Shown here one piece after another: positions 36,143-45,817 of a stretch of 64,000 nucleotides of DNA. Within the stretch, counting starts at the first letter, position 1. Each line of letters begins with the position of its first letter. The stretch lies in the NCBI GenBank assembly GCA_965204905.1, contig OZ242042.1, positions 2,392,483 through 2,456,482 of the forward strand, given 5' to 3'. The position numbers and the translations under genes were made by a program. The stretch comes from Dehalococcoidia bacterium (GTDB taxonomy: Bacteria > Chloroflexota > Dehalococcoidia > Lucifugimonadales > UBA3495). Below the pieces are notes generated by a model. That model ran no database searches. It saw nothing but the letters and a program-made list of their open reading frames with translations, and had not been told where the DNA came from.

Positions 36143-38497
36143 CTACCGGAAAACGGTATCAGTTTTGCCTGGGATGCCGAGGTTCTGGATACGCTGGTCA
36201 TCCAGTGGTGGTGTTTCCGGCCGGTTGAAGGGCGTCTCTGCATGGAAGTGCGCCAGGTACTCGGCAAGGGCGTCCTGTTCCTTGCCGGGAGCGAAGGCAT
36301 CGGCCAGTCCAGGGTCGGCGGCAGACACTGGCCCATCAATGACGCCGTTGGCGTTGGCGTCGGGGAAATCGGAGTCGTGCGGATTGTACTGGCCGGCCTC
36401 GCCGCTGAAGTCAATGCGACCCGGCTGCGGCACCGGGAACGGGTAGCCACTGCCGCCGTTGGCCAGGAAGTTCAGCGTAGCCATCTTGATCACGCGCTCC
36501 GGGTCTCCCACCAACTCGCTGCCTTCCACTACGCGGTCGCTGACCTCGCCATTGTCATCAATCACCGCCAGGGAACGAACGCGGTGGCCCGAGGGAGCCG
36601 CCGGGTCGAAACTGAAGCGCATCCCGCCCACTTGAGGGAACCCGCCGGAAGGGACCGTTCCGATGCCATCGGCCGCGATGGTGTGCTCGATGACTTCCAC
36701 CAGTTGCCGGGCCGTCAGGGGCACGATGACCACACCGTTGTCAAAGCGCAGGGCGCCTTGAATGTCGAATTGGGATACGTCGCCTTGTAGCTTCCCGGTT
36801 GCAGGATTGGCCGAGGGTGGCAAGAATTGTACGTCCGCCGGATCGGTTGTGCCGGGAGGTTGAAGCACCACACCGATGGCGTCGCGGATGCCGCCGCTGT
36901 TTTTGAGGGATACCTGCACATCGGGATCAACCTGCCGGGCTATCCAAAGGAAAGCATCCGCCACCAGGTTGCCCATATTGCTTTCCTGAGTACGCACGGC
37001 GCCGCGCCGACCATCCAGGTACACGTCGGTCCGACCTATGATGTTGCCGTCGCGGACGACAAGGACGCTGCGCAGGGATTCGGCGACGCTGGCCACTTCC
37101 GGTATCGGCTGACCGGCGAAAGCCTGACCACCCTGGCGGTCGGTGGCGTAGGCACCGCTGAGGTACTGGTCTATGGAGTCGGGAATCACGCGGCCCGCAT
37201 CGTCAAATTTCACCACCAGCCGGCCCAGATATTTGTAGTCGCCGTCGGTGTTGACCAGCAGCACGGGCGCGTCGTCCGCGGCGCGGTAGGTCAGGGGATA
37301 AGTATCGTGCGCCGTGTCGCCGTGCCGCAGCCGGTCGGTTGCGTCGGCCAGCAGCGTGTTGGAACCACCGGCGACAATTATGTCAACGTTTTCCAGCCGG
37401 GTAGCAAGGGCTTGCTCGATGTTAATGCGCTGCATGTGGGACAGCAGGATGACCTTGTTGATGCCCTGGCCGGTCAGTTCGTCCACGGCGCCCTGAATGA
37501 TGGCAGCCAGCGCATCCACGTCGAAGATGTCTTCCGGGGCTACGGTGATGGCGCCGGCTCCCGTGATGGAGGCCAGGGTCGGCGTGGTTGCGCCGACGAT
37601 TCCGATGCGTTCGCCGCCCACCGTAATCACCGCGCTGCGCGCCAGGCTGCCGCCCACCAGCATCGCCTCCTGGGCGTCCGGGACCACCAGGCCGGCCAGG
37701 TTTTCATCGCCGCTGAAGTCCAGGTTGCTGGACAAATATGGGAACAAAGCCCCGGTGTAGATCTTGCTATCGTCGGTTTCGGAACCGATGACGCTGGCAA
37801 AGGCTGCGGTGCCCAGGTCAAGTTCGTGGTTGCCCAGCGCCGACGCCTGGAAACCCATGGCGTTGAGGAAGGCAATATCGCCCCTACCATTGCCGGCAAT
37901 GCCCAGCAGGGCTTCGTTGGAATCGTCGCCGGCGGCGAAGTAGCGGGGGCCGGGGACGTAATTATCTCCCGAGCTCAACACCAGTGTGTTGTTGGGAAAT
38001 TGCGCGCGGAAACCGTCGAGCATGGCAGAGAAGTTTTCGACGTTCTCCAAAGCGCCCACCGCGCTGTCCATGTCGGCGGCGTGGAGCAGTTGCAAAGTGA
38101 AGGGCGAACCAGCGGGCAGCGGCGATTGAGCCGGAGGGTGAACTGTCGCCGGCGGCTGGAGTAAACCGGCCGCCAATGCTTGTTGCAGCTGCGCCGCTTT
38201 GGCATCAATATCGCTGACAATACGGTCGATTTCGGATTCCAACCGGCGAATGTCATCGGCAGACGCGGCGGGGGATTCCGCGGGGGCCGGCGCGCTGGCG
38301 GGCTGGGGCGAGGCAGCAACATCTTGCTTCAGGGTGGCTACTTCCCCACGCAGGGCCGCCACGTCGGCCTGAACCGCCGATAACTCCGGGCCACTACTGT
38401 CGCCGCACGCCGCAATCGCAAGCGCCACCAGTATCACGATTCCGAGTGCCCATCCCCGGCGCGCCGATATACTTCCGTTCATAGCGCTTATATTCAC
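36143..38497 (-). CDS. bifunctional metallophosphatase/5'-nucleotidase (UshA-like) lipoprotein
   Basis: Lipoprotein signal LVALAIAACG, a coiled-coil linker, calcineurin-like motifs (LLHAADMDS, GDNYVPGP, GNHELDLG), and a C-terminal 5'-nucleotidase domain. Confidence 0.85.
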   Translation of the reverse strand: MNISAMNGSISARRGWALGIVILVALAIAACGDSSGPELSAVQADVAALRGEVATLKQDVAASPQPASAPAPAESPAASADDIRRLESEIDRIVSDIDAKAAQLQQALAAGLLQPPATVHPPAQSPLPAGSPFTLQLLHAADMDSAVGALENVENFSAMLDGFRAQFPNNTLVLSSGDNYVPGPRYFAAGDDSNEALLGIAGNGRGDIAFLNAMGFQASALGNHELDLGTAAFASVIGSETDDSKIYTGALFPYLSSNLDFSGDENLAGLVVPDAQEAMLVGGSLARSAVITVGGERIGIVGATTPTLASITGAGAITVAPEDIFDVDALAAIIQGAVDELTGQGINKVILLSHMQRINIEQALATRLENVDIIVAGGSNTLLADATDRLRHGDTAHDTYPLTYRAADDAPVLLVNTDGDYKYLGRLVVKFDDAGRVIPDSIDQYLSGAYATDRQGGQAFAGQPIPEVASVAESLRSVLVVRDGNIIGRTDVYLDGRRGAVRTQESNMGNLVADAFLWIARQVDPDVQVSLKNSGGIRDAIGVVLQPPGTTDPADVQFLPPSANPATGKLQGDVSQFDIQGALRFDNGVVIVPLTARQLVEVIEHTIAADGIGTVPSGGFPQVGGMRFSFDPAAPSGHRVRSLAVIDDNGEVSDRVVEGSELVGDPERVIKMATLNFLANGGSGYPFPVPQPGRIDFSGEAGQYNPHDSDFPDANANGVIDGPVSAADPGLADAFAPGKEQDALAEYLAHFHAETPFNRPETPPLDDQRIQNLGIPGKTDTVFR

Positions 38498-38554
38498 TCC
38501 TTTGATATGGTCAGCGGCGAAGTATTGTACATGAATCGCTTTGGTTCAGGGCAG

Positions 38555-38580
38555 ATTATGTTACACTGCTCGCCGTCAAT
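38555..38580. repeat. 26-nt conserved motif, copy B
   Basis: ATTATGTTACACTGCTCGCCGTCAAT. It lies 57 nt upstream (minus strand) of the nucleotidase ATG. Confidence 0.75.
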
Positions 38581-38613
38581 CCGACCCTGAAATCACAGCA
38601 CAGGAGGCACACC

Positions 38614-39273
38614 ATGCCAAAGATGCGCGGCACCGGCCTGATGATGGTCTGGTGCGAAGTTCCTGCCGACGTCGAGGAAGAGTTCAACCAGTGGTACAAC
38701 ACCGAGCATTTACAGGAACTGCTAGCGGTTCCGGGCGTGCTCAACGCTGCCCGCTATGAGGCGACCAGCAGCGGCCCCAAGCACCTGGCGATGTATGAGC
38801 TGGAATCCGCCGACGTGATCAACACCGACGCTTTCAAGAACCGGCCGCCGACGCCGTGGGGCCAGAAAGTCGGTCCCAGGGCCGTTGCGACGACCCTGAT
38901 CAACAACGTGTACACGATGATCCACCCGACCGGCCTGTCCGATGCGTTGGCCAACTCCGATATGTCGCCGGCGTTGCAGATCGGGCGGATGGACGTACCC
39001 GCCGAGAGCGATGAGGAATGGAACAACTGGTACTCCGGCGTGTACGTGCCGAATTACGAGAAAGTTCCCGGCTGCATCCGCGGGCGCCGCTGGAAGGCGG
39101 TGCGCGGCGAGCCGGCCTACGCCACCGTGTACGAGTTCGAAAACCCCGAAGTGTCATCGACCGCGGCCTGGCTGGAGCAGCGCGAAGCGCACCCCGACAA
39201 CGGCCGAATGCGCGACGTGATGACGCACGCCCTTGGATCACCGGGCATCTGGCGCAAGACATTCCAGCCGTAG
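38614..39273 (+). CDS. hypothetical protein with internal duplication (dimeric alpha/beta-barrel-like)
   Basis: Two similar halves: MMVWCEVPADVEEEFNQWYNTEHLQELLAVPGV and QIGRMDVPAESDEEWNNWYSGVYVPNYEKVPGC. The fold guess (EthD/DUF4286-like) is tentative. Confidence 0.4.
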   Translation: MPKMRGTGLMMVWCEVPADVEEEFNQWYNTEHLQELLAVPGVLNAARYEATSSGPKHLAMYELESADVINTDAFKNRPPTPWGQKVGPRAVATTLINNVYTMIHPTGLSDALANSDMSPALQIGRMDVPAESDEEWNNWYSGVYVPNYEKVPGCIRGRRWKAVRGEPAYATVYEFENPEVSSTAAWLEQREAHPDNGRMRDVMTHALGSPGIWRKTFQP

Positions 39274-39318
39274 GCGGGCCGGGGGAACCCGCCGCGATAG
39301 CGTACAATATAGGGGCGA

Positions 39319-39927
39319 GTGATGATTCGCCCCTATATCTTTGCAGGTGGATTCCAGTTGTTCGGCAAGATTGCGAATCAGGTTGGGTTGACAGTCCTGG
39401 CGCTCCTGGGCATCGGCATGGTTCTGCCTGCCAGCGCGTGGGCGCAGGACATCATCGGCCCCGAAACGCGCCGCACCGCGGCCCAGGCCGGTCCCTATGC
39501 GGTGGATGTAGAGGCTAAACCACTGCCCTCTCTGCAATCCGTCCAGTTCATCGTCCAGGTCCGCGACGCTGCCTCCGGTGCGCCGGTGCCTGACGCCAAA
39601 GTAACCGTGCATACCTCCCGGCAGAGCAGCGACGAAGCCGGCTACGCTCACGCCAGTCCCGTCAGCCCCGGCGTCTATTTCGCCACCGTGAAAATGGACA
39701 ACCCAGGAGTCTGGGATACGGTGCTGGACATTGAGGAACCCGGCGGCGAATCGTACCCGGTGGACGGTTTTGAATTTAACGTCATTCCGCCCGCCAGCAA
39801 TGCCGAGGCCGGTTACGTGTTCATCGGCGTCGCGGTGATTCTGGCCGCCGGCGCCGGCTACCTGGTGTGGCGCATCCGGCGGAACCAACGGCAGCGGGCC
39901 GAAAGGTCGGAGAGTACGGCAGCATGA
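39319..39927 (+). CDS. membrane-anchored Ig-like protein (FixH/YtkA-like candidate)
   Basis: Signal/TM N-terminus, a beta-rich middle (FIVQVRDAASGAPVPDAKVTV..YFATVKMDNPGVW), and a C-terminal TM. The stop overlaps the ctaG ATG. Confidence 0.35.
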   Translation: MMIRPYIFAGGFQLFGKIANQVGLTVLALLGIGMVLPASAWAQDIIGPETRRTAAQAGPYAVDVEAKPLPSLQSVQFIVQVRDAASGAPVPDAKVTVHTSRQSSDEAGYAHASPVSPGVYFATVKMDNPGVWDTVLDIEEPGGESYPVDGFEFNVIPPASNAEAGYVFIGVAVILAAGAGYLVWRIRRNQRQRAERSESTAA

Positions 39928-40898
39928 TGCGGCGGGCAGTACCGATTGGCTTCGCGGCCGGCGCACTGGCGACGCTAGCGGTAGGCGTGGGCATCGCGTC
40001 GGCGCACCAGGGGATTCCACCGGGTCAGACGCCGTTGACCGCATGGGGGTTCATCACCAATCCGGTCCCCAGTCTATTCCTGCTGGCGTCCCTTTATTTC
40101 TACATCAACGGCTTGAACAACTGGCCGAATCCAACGCATCCCGTAAGCAATTGGCAAAAAGCCAGCTTCTTCGCCGGCATCGTGGTGCTGTTTGCTGCGC
40201 TGCAATCGCCCATTGAGCCGCTGGCCGAGCACTACTTCTCAATCCACCAGGTCCAGCACATCCTGGTGCGCATGGTAGGCCCGCTATTGATCCTGCTGGG
40301 AGCGCCGCTGACGCCGATGCTGCGCGGTATGCCCGCCTGGCTGCGGCAGGGCGTGATTCGTCGCATCGTGCGGACTTCGATTGCCCACTGGATTTACTGG
40401 AAGATTACCAACCCGGTCTTCACTATCGTTGCTTTCCTGGGTTTGCTGTTCTTCTGGCAGATCCCGGGACCCCACGACCTGGCGGTGCACAACGACTGGA
40501 TGCACGAGTTGATGCACGGCACCATGCTGATCAGCGGGTTCCTGTTCTGGTGGATCGTGGTCGATCCCAAGCCGCACCGGTCGCGTCTGCACTACGGCCT
40601 GCGGGTACTGTACCTGGGGCTGATTGTGCTGCCCAACACGCTGCTGGGAGCGGCCATTACGTTCCAGGAGCGCCTGATCTATTCGGCCTATCAGGAACTG
40701 CCGCGTCCGTGGGAGGGTTTTTCGTACCTGTCCGACCAGCGTTTGGGCGGGCTGACCCTATGGGTTCCGGGCGACATGATGTGCATCATCGGCGCCGGCA
40801 TCGTAATGTTCATGTGGTACCAGCGGGAGATGGAACAGAACCCCAACCCGCCAATGCCAGTTCCGGTGGAGTCGGGCAGCGATGATGACGATGCGTGA
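39924..40898 (+). CDS. ctaG: cytochrome c oxidase assembly factor CtaG (caa3-type)
   Basis: Polytopic membrane protein with HQVQHILVRMVGPLLILLGAPLTP and the later HELMH histidines typical of Caa3_CtaG. Confidence 0.65.
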   Translation: MMRRAVPIGFAAGALATLAVGVGIASAHQGIPPGQTPLTAWGFITNPVPSLFLLASLYFYINGLNNWPNPTHPVSNWQKASFFAGIVVLFAALQSPIEPLAEHYFSIHQVQHILVRMVGPLLILLGAPLTPMLRGMPAWLRQGVIRRIVRTSIAHWIYWKITNPVFTIVAFLGLLFFWQIPGPHDLAVHNDWMHELMHGTMLISGFLFWWIVVDPKPHRSRLHYGLRVLYLGLIVLPNTLLGAAITFQERLIYSAYQELPRPWEGFSYLSDQRLGGLTLWVPGDMMCIIGAGIVMFMWYQREMEQNPNPPMPVPVESGSDDDDA

Positions 40899-40948
40899 GT
40901 GATTGGATTAACGAAACTGAGCGGAGGCCCTAGTTAGGTGAGGAACTG

Positions 40949-42070
40949 ATGGCTAACAACAACGAAAAGCATCGCCCCGAACCCCGTTTCGACTGGTTCA
41001 TACCCATAGACGGCGACGGAGATCGCGCCGGCACCCTGCGCGCGCAGCGTCCGCCCACCTTCGACTACCTGAAACGGGTTGCCCAAACCGCCGAGGACTG
41101 CGGTTTTTACTCCATGCTGATACCGACGCGGTTCGCCAACGGGCTGTTCTCGGAGGATGCCCCGTTGGCTGAGACCTGGACCACCGCCACGGCCCTCGCC
41201 GCGGTAACGTCGCGCATCCGGTTCCTGGTGGCCGTCCGTCCCGGGTTCATCGCGCTGGGGCTGTTCGCGCAGATGGCGGCGGCGTTCCACGAAATGTCCG
41301 GCGGTCGGCTGGACATCAACATCGTCCCCGGCGGCATCCAGAACGACTTCGAGCGCGTCGGCGAGTTCAGCAGCCACGCCACCCGCTACGAGCGCGCCGA
41401 AGAGTTCATCGAAGCCTGCCGCGCGCTCTGGCAGGAACCGCAGCCAGTCAGCTATCAGGGCGACTTCTATCGGCTGGAAGATGCCTACTGCGCTCCCGCT
41501 CCGGGCGACGACGCCCCGCGTTTCTACCTGGGCGGCGCATCCCCCCGGGCGTTGGGCCTTTCGTCCCGGCAGGCGGATGTTCACCTGGGTTGGATCGAAC
41601 CCTTGCCGGACACGACTCAGCGGGTCAACGACCTGCGTGAACAGTTGCAAGTAACCGGCCGGCCCGTGAATCTGGGGCTGCGTACCCACCTGGTGATCAG
41701 GGACAGTGAGGCGGAAGCCTGGGACGCCGCCCGCAGCCTCATCGCCGACGCCGCGCCGGAGGTCAAGGCGCAGCGCCAGACCGCCATCGCCGGCACGCCC
41801 ATGGTCGGGCAGCAGGCTCAGGCCAGGGAGGCCGAAGATCATCGCCTGGGCAAACATCTCTGGAACGGACTGTCCGAGGTGCGGGTGAACTGCGGCAGCG
41901 CGCTAGTGGGCACGGCGGAGCAGGTGGCGGATGAATTGGTCGGCTACTGGCGGCTCGGCATTGACGAATTCATCCTGAGCGGGTTCCCTCACGTCGAGGA
42001 ATGCGAACGCGCCGCCAGTGAACTGCTGCCCATATTGCGGGAACGCATCGAGACGGAACGGCAGCGTTAG
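40949..42070 (+). CDS. LLM-class (luciferase-like) flavin-dependent monooxygenase, SsuD-like
   Basis: FDWFIPIDGDG.., YSMLIPT, and GGRLDINIVPGG patterns of the alkanesulfonate-monooxygenase-like TIM barrel. Confidence 0.8.
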   Translation: MANNNEKHRPEPRFDWFIPIDGDGDRAGTLRAQRPPTFDYLKRVAQTAEDCGFYSMLIPTRFANGLFSEDAPLAETWTTATALAAVTSRIRFLVAVRPGFIALGLFAQMAAAFHEMSGGRLDINIVPGGIQNDFERVGEFSSHATRYERAEEFIEACRALWQEPQPVSYQGDFYRLEDAYCAPAPGDDAPRFYLGGASPRALGLSSRQADVHLGWIEPLPDTTQRVNDLREQLQVTGRPVNLGLRTHLVIRDSEAEAWDAARSLIADAAPEVKAQRQTAIAGTPMVGQQAQAREAEDHRLGKHLWNGLSEVRVNCGSALVGTAEQVADELVGYWRLGIDEFILSGFPHVEECERAASELLPILRERIETERQR

Positions 42071-42147
42071 TTCCCATAGTAATCGCCGGAGCATGGTAGG
42101 GGCGACGCATGCGTCGCCCCTGCGGTTTTAGCAGGTCGGCTCCTGGG

Positions 42148-42915
42148 TTACAGGGCCGCTTTCACGTCCCGCAGGAAATTTTCCCCGGCGATGCGGAGCA
42201 GGCCCCAACCGGAAACGGTTACGAAGTTCGCTCCCTGCCGGACGAACTCGGCGACGCCTTCGGTGTCCGCCGGGTTGTTGCCGCCCACGCCGACGTGCTT
42301 GCCGCCGGCGCGTACCCGGGGGATGACGTCGCTCATTACCTTGCGGACTTCGGCGACGCCGGGATTGCCCATGCTCTGCCCCAGGTCGGAGGCGGCGACG
42401 TGGAGCACGTCCGCGCCGGATACTGCGAGGATGTCGTCCAGGTTGCCCACCGCTTCCACATCCTCGACCATCGGGATGACCAGCACCTGGGAGTTGACCC
42501 ACGAGGTTGCCTCGTCGCGGGCGACGCCGATGCCGTAGTCCTGGGCCCGTCCGCCGCCCATACCCCGGTAACCGTCGGGATAGTAGCGCGCGGCGCGGGC
42601 GATGGCCGCCGCCTGCTCCCCGGTGTTGACGTGGGGGACGATGATTCCCTGCAATCCGCGATCCAAGTAACGCAGGATGGTCGGATCGGAGTGGTCCGGG
42701 ATGCGGGCGATGGGCGTGATGCCGAACGATTCGGCGGCACGGACCATGTGCTCAACCTGGTCAAGGTCAGCGGGGCCGTGCTCGCAATCGATCATCACGA
42801 AGTCGTATCCCAGCGCGCCGAAAATCTCGACCATGTCGGGAGCGTAGCGGGTGATGATAGCGCCGAATACGACGCCGCCATCGTTGAGCTTGGCTTTGGT
42901 GGTGTTGGTTCGCAT
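42148..42915 (-). CDS. HpcH/HpaI family aldolase
   Basis: GVVFGAIITRYAPDMVEIFGALGYDFVMIDCEHGP and PMVEDVEAV motifs. The start is trimmed to the ATG at 42915. Confidence 0.8.
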   Translation of the reverse strand: MRTNTTKAKLNDGGVVFGAIITRYAPDMVEIFGALGYDFVMIDCEHGPADLDQVEHMVRAAESFGITPIARIPDHSDPTILRYLDRGLQGIIVPHVNTGEQAAAIARAARYYPDGYRGMGGGRAQDYGIGVARDEATSWVNSQVLVIPMVEDVEAVGNLDDILAVSGADVLHVAASDLGQSMGNPGVAEVRKVMSDVIPRVRAGGKHVGVGGNNPADTEGVAEFVRQGANFVTVSGWGLLRIAGENFLRDVKAAL

Positions 42916-42940
42916 GATTAGTCCTCCTACAGCTCGCCGT

Positions 42941-44611
42941 CTACAGCTCGCCGTCGATGACCATGTCCAGCAGCGCGGGCTTGCCCGAGGCGATGGCGCG
43001 GTCCACCGCCGGTTTGATCTGGGACGGTTCGGTGATGCGCTCGCCGTGCACGCCCATGCTGTTGGCGATGGCCGCCATGTCAAAGGGCGTGCCGAAGTCC
43101 GAGTACAACAGGCGGCCACCCGACGTTTCCGGCAACTCCAGCACATCCTGCTGGTACACGTTGAAGTTGACCTTGAGCACGCGGTACATCCCGTTGTTGC
43201 AGATAACAAAGATGCAGGGGATGTTGTCGTTGGCGGCGGTCCACAACCCCTGTATGGTCATCATGGCGCTGCCGTCGCCAATGATGCCGAATACAGGCCG
43301 GTCAGGATTGGCGCACTGCGTGCCCATGGTGGTGCCCATGCCGCCACCGATGGACTGGCCCCGGTAGCCTCGCAGGTCGCCCCGGCGTTCCGCCTGGAAG
43401 TAGTGGCGCATCGTGCCGCGGTTGCTGATGGAATCGTCCACCACGATAGCGTTGCCGGGTATGGCGTCGGCCAACTCCGACATCATGCGGGCCGGCGTCA
43501 TGGGTTTATGGTCCCATTTTTCCGCGACCGATTCCTCGAACGCGGCGCGGCTGTCCCTCCGTTGCTGGATCACGGCCTGCTTGCGCTGCTCAATCTCGGC
43601 GAAGTCCCCCGGCGACAGTCGTTCCTTCACGGCGGCGATGAGGTCCGAGAGCGCCAGTCCGCAGTGTCCTACGATGCCCACGTCGGTAGGCTCCGAACGA
43701 CCGATGGCTTTACGGTCCGGGTCGATGTGGACCAGCCTGGCTTCCGGCGGCAGGATCACGTCGCCCCAGTAGAACAGCTCCTCAAACGGGTCGGAGCCGA
43801 CCGCCAGCACCAGGTCAACCTCCTGGAGCACCGCGCGCTGCTGGCTCACCCGCAGCGACAGCGCGCCCAGGAACTGGTCATGCCGAGTGGGGAACGCCAC
43901 CTCCGCGCCCCGCGCCTGATAGACGGGCAGCCCCATCAGCTCGGCCAACTCCACCGCTTGGTCCAGCGCGCCGTCGTCGGACAGGCGGTCGCCCACCAGC
44001 ATCAACGGCCGGCTGGCGTCCATCAGCAGCGTGGCGGCCTCGGCGATGCCGTCGGCGCTGGGGCGCGTCGCATCATGCACCGGCCGCGACGGAACGATGT
44101 TCATTTCGGCCATGCCTTCCAAAGCGTTAGAGGTGAAACCGACGTACACCGGCCCCTTGGGGTGGCTGTTAGCCTCATTGAAGGCGCGGCGAATCACGCT
44201 GGGAATCTGGTCGGCGTGATCAAGCTCCACCGACCACTTGGTGACCGGACGGACCAGGTTGGCCAGGTCGGTTATGGTCTCGTTGACCTTACGCGCGTCG
44301 TAGTTGGCGGAGGTAACCACCATCGGCGTGCCGGTGTTCAGCGCGTCGAGCATGAGGGCGATGCCGTTGGCAAGGCCGCTATCGACGTGCAGGCTCACGA
44401 AGGAGGCCCGCCCGGTGGCCCTGGCGTATGCCTCACCCATGCCCATGGCGACGCTTTCCTGGAGAGTGAGAATGTAACGGAACTCGGGGTAGTCGCCGAG
44501 CAGGTCGATGATTGGGCCTTCGCTGGTGCCGGGGTTGCCGAAAATATACTCGACCCCTTCGGCCTTGAGCATTTCCAAAAGAGCCTGTTTGCCGGTCATC
44601 AGCTGGGACAT
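42941..44611 (-). CDS. thiamine-diphosphate-dependent enzyme (acetolactate synthase large-subunit-like)
   Basis: N-terminal LKAEGVEYIFGNPGTSE and the C-terminal TPP-binding GDGSAMMTIQGLWTAAN..NNGMY. Confidence 0.8.
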   Translation of the reverse strand: MSQLMTGKQALLEMLKAEGVEYIFGNPGTSEGPIIDLLGDYPEFRYILTLQESVAMGMGEAYARATGRASFVSLHVDSGLANGIALMLDALNTGTPMVVTSANYDARKVNETITDLANLVRPVTKWSVELDHADQIPSVIRRAFNEANSHPKGPVYVGFTSNALEGMAEMNIVPSRPVHDATRPSADGIAEAATLLMDASRPLMLVGDRLSDDGALDQAVELAELMGLPVYQARGAEVAFPTRHDQFLGALSLRVSQQRAVLQEVDLVLAVGSDPFEELFYWGDVILPPEARLVHIDPDRKAIGRSEPTDVGIVGHCGLALSDLIAAVKERLSPGDFAEIEQRKQAVIQQRRDSRAAFEESVAEKWDHKPMTPARMMSELADAIPGNAIVVDDSISNRGTMRHYFQAERRGDLRGYRGQSIGGGMGTTMGTQCANPDRPVFGIIGDGSAMMTIQGLWTAANDNIPCIFVICNNGMYRVLKVNFNVYQQDVLELPETSGGRLLYSDFGTPFDMAAIANSMGVHGERITEPSQIKPAVDRAIASGKPALLDMVIDGEL

Positions 44612-44750
44612 TGTGCCTCCGATGGTGTGAGATTGAAGTCCAGTTCGCGGCGCAATTCTACAACAAACGGCGGATCCTGATGGTCACGATTTCCCCAACC
44701 GTAACGGATGTTGTACACTTACCCTAATTCTCACGCTGGCAGACTGCATC

Positions 44751-45800
44751 GTGGCACAAGTTACCGTTATTGGCACGGGTTTAATCGGGACATCACTGGG
44801 CCTGGCCCTGCGGGCGTCATCCCTGCGGAACCTCACCGTGGTTGGCACGGACGCGGAACACGCGGCCCGTTCCGGTGCGAATCGCATGAACGCATTCGAC
44901 AAGGTCGAAAACCGTTTGGGCAGCGCCATCGAGGAGGCGGACATCATCATCCTGGCGACGCCGGTGCTGGCGATGCGCGAGTTGATGGAAGGCATGGCGC
45001 CCTACCTGCCGGAAGGCTGCGTCGTTACCGACGTGGGCAGCACTAAGACCCAAGTTTTGCAGTGGGCCGACGAGTTGCTGCCGGAGGCGGTGGACTTCGT
45101 GGGCGGGCATCCCATGGCGGGGCGGGAAACGCCGGGACCCGAAAACGCCGACGGAACCCTGTTTTCCGGCAAGCCTTACTGTGTAATTCCCAGCCCCAAG
45201 GCCAGTCAGCGCGCGGTGGGCGAGATTACCACCCTGGCCGAGGCAATCGGCGCCGTGCCCTACTTCATCAGCGTGGACGAGCACGACAGTTTCGTGGCGG
45301 CGGTGAGCCATTTGCCGTTTGTCCTGTCCACCGCCCTGGTGGGATGCACCAGCAAGTCGGCTAACTGGTCGGATATAGGGCAGTTGGCATCGTCGGGGTA
45401 CCGGGACATCACCCGGCTGGCGTCCGGCGACGCCATCATGCACCGGGACATCTGCGTCAGCAACGCAGAACCTATCGTTGCCTGGATCGACGCTTTCATC
45501 CGTGAACTGTACGAGTATCGCAAGCTATTGGATACCGATGGCGAAACGCCCGACAGCGAAGCGGTGGAAACACTGTTCGAGGACGCGCGCATCGCGCGGG
45601 CCAAATGGCTGGCCGGTGAAGTAAACCCAAAAGCGCGTGAAATGCAGCAGGCGCAGGAATACCCCTCCTTCGGGCAATCCATGAGCCAGATGTTCATGGG
45701 CAGTTGGGGGGAACGGGCGATGCGCCGGATGATGGGACAGCGGGATGATGACCGCCGGGGCGATAACCGCGGAGATCGTCGCCAGTCGGATCGCGAGTAA
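44751..45800 (+). CDS. tyrA: prephenate dehydrogenase
   Basis: VTVIGTGLIGTSLGLAL Rossmann motif and the GGHPMAG catalytic-His region. Basic Arg/Asp-rich C-terminal tail. Upstream of aroA. Confidence 0.8.
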   Translation: MAQVTVIGTGLIGTSLGLALRASSLRNLTVVGTDAEHAARSGANRMNAFDKVENRLGSAIEEADIIILATPVLAMRELMEGMAPYLPEGCVVTDVGSTKTQVLQWADELLPEAVDFVGGHPMAGRETPGPENADGTLFSGKPYCVIPSPKASQRAVGEITTLAEAIGAVPYFISVDEHDSFVAAVSHLPFVLSTALVGCTSKSANWSDIGQLASSGYRDITRLASGDAIMHRDICVSNAEPIVAWIDAFIRELYEYRKLLDTDGETPDSEAVETLFEDARIARAKWLAGEVNPKAREMQQAQEYPSFGQSMSQMFMGSWGERAMRRMMGQRDDDRRGDNRGDRRQSDRE

Positions 45801-45817
45801 AGCGCAGGAGGGTTTCC

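Noticed and set aside
42851-44680. 609-aa plus-strand ORF, with similar long antisense ORFs at 36827-38164, 60202-61557, 47643-48635 and 32538-33581
   Set aside because: Each lies antisense to a well-supported gene with clear family motifs. Their translations are Gly/Arg/Ala/Val-rich without motifs, which is the typical stop-codon-poor antisense frame of high-GC DNA.
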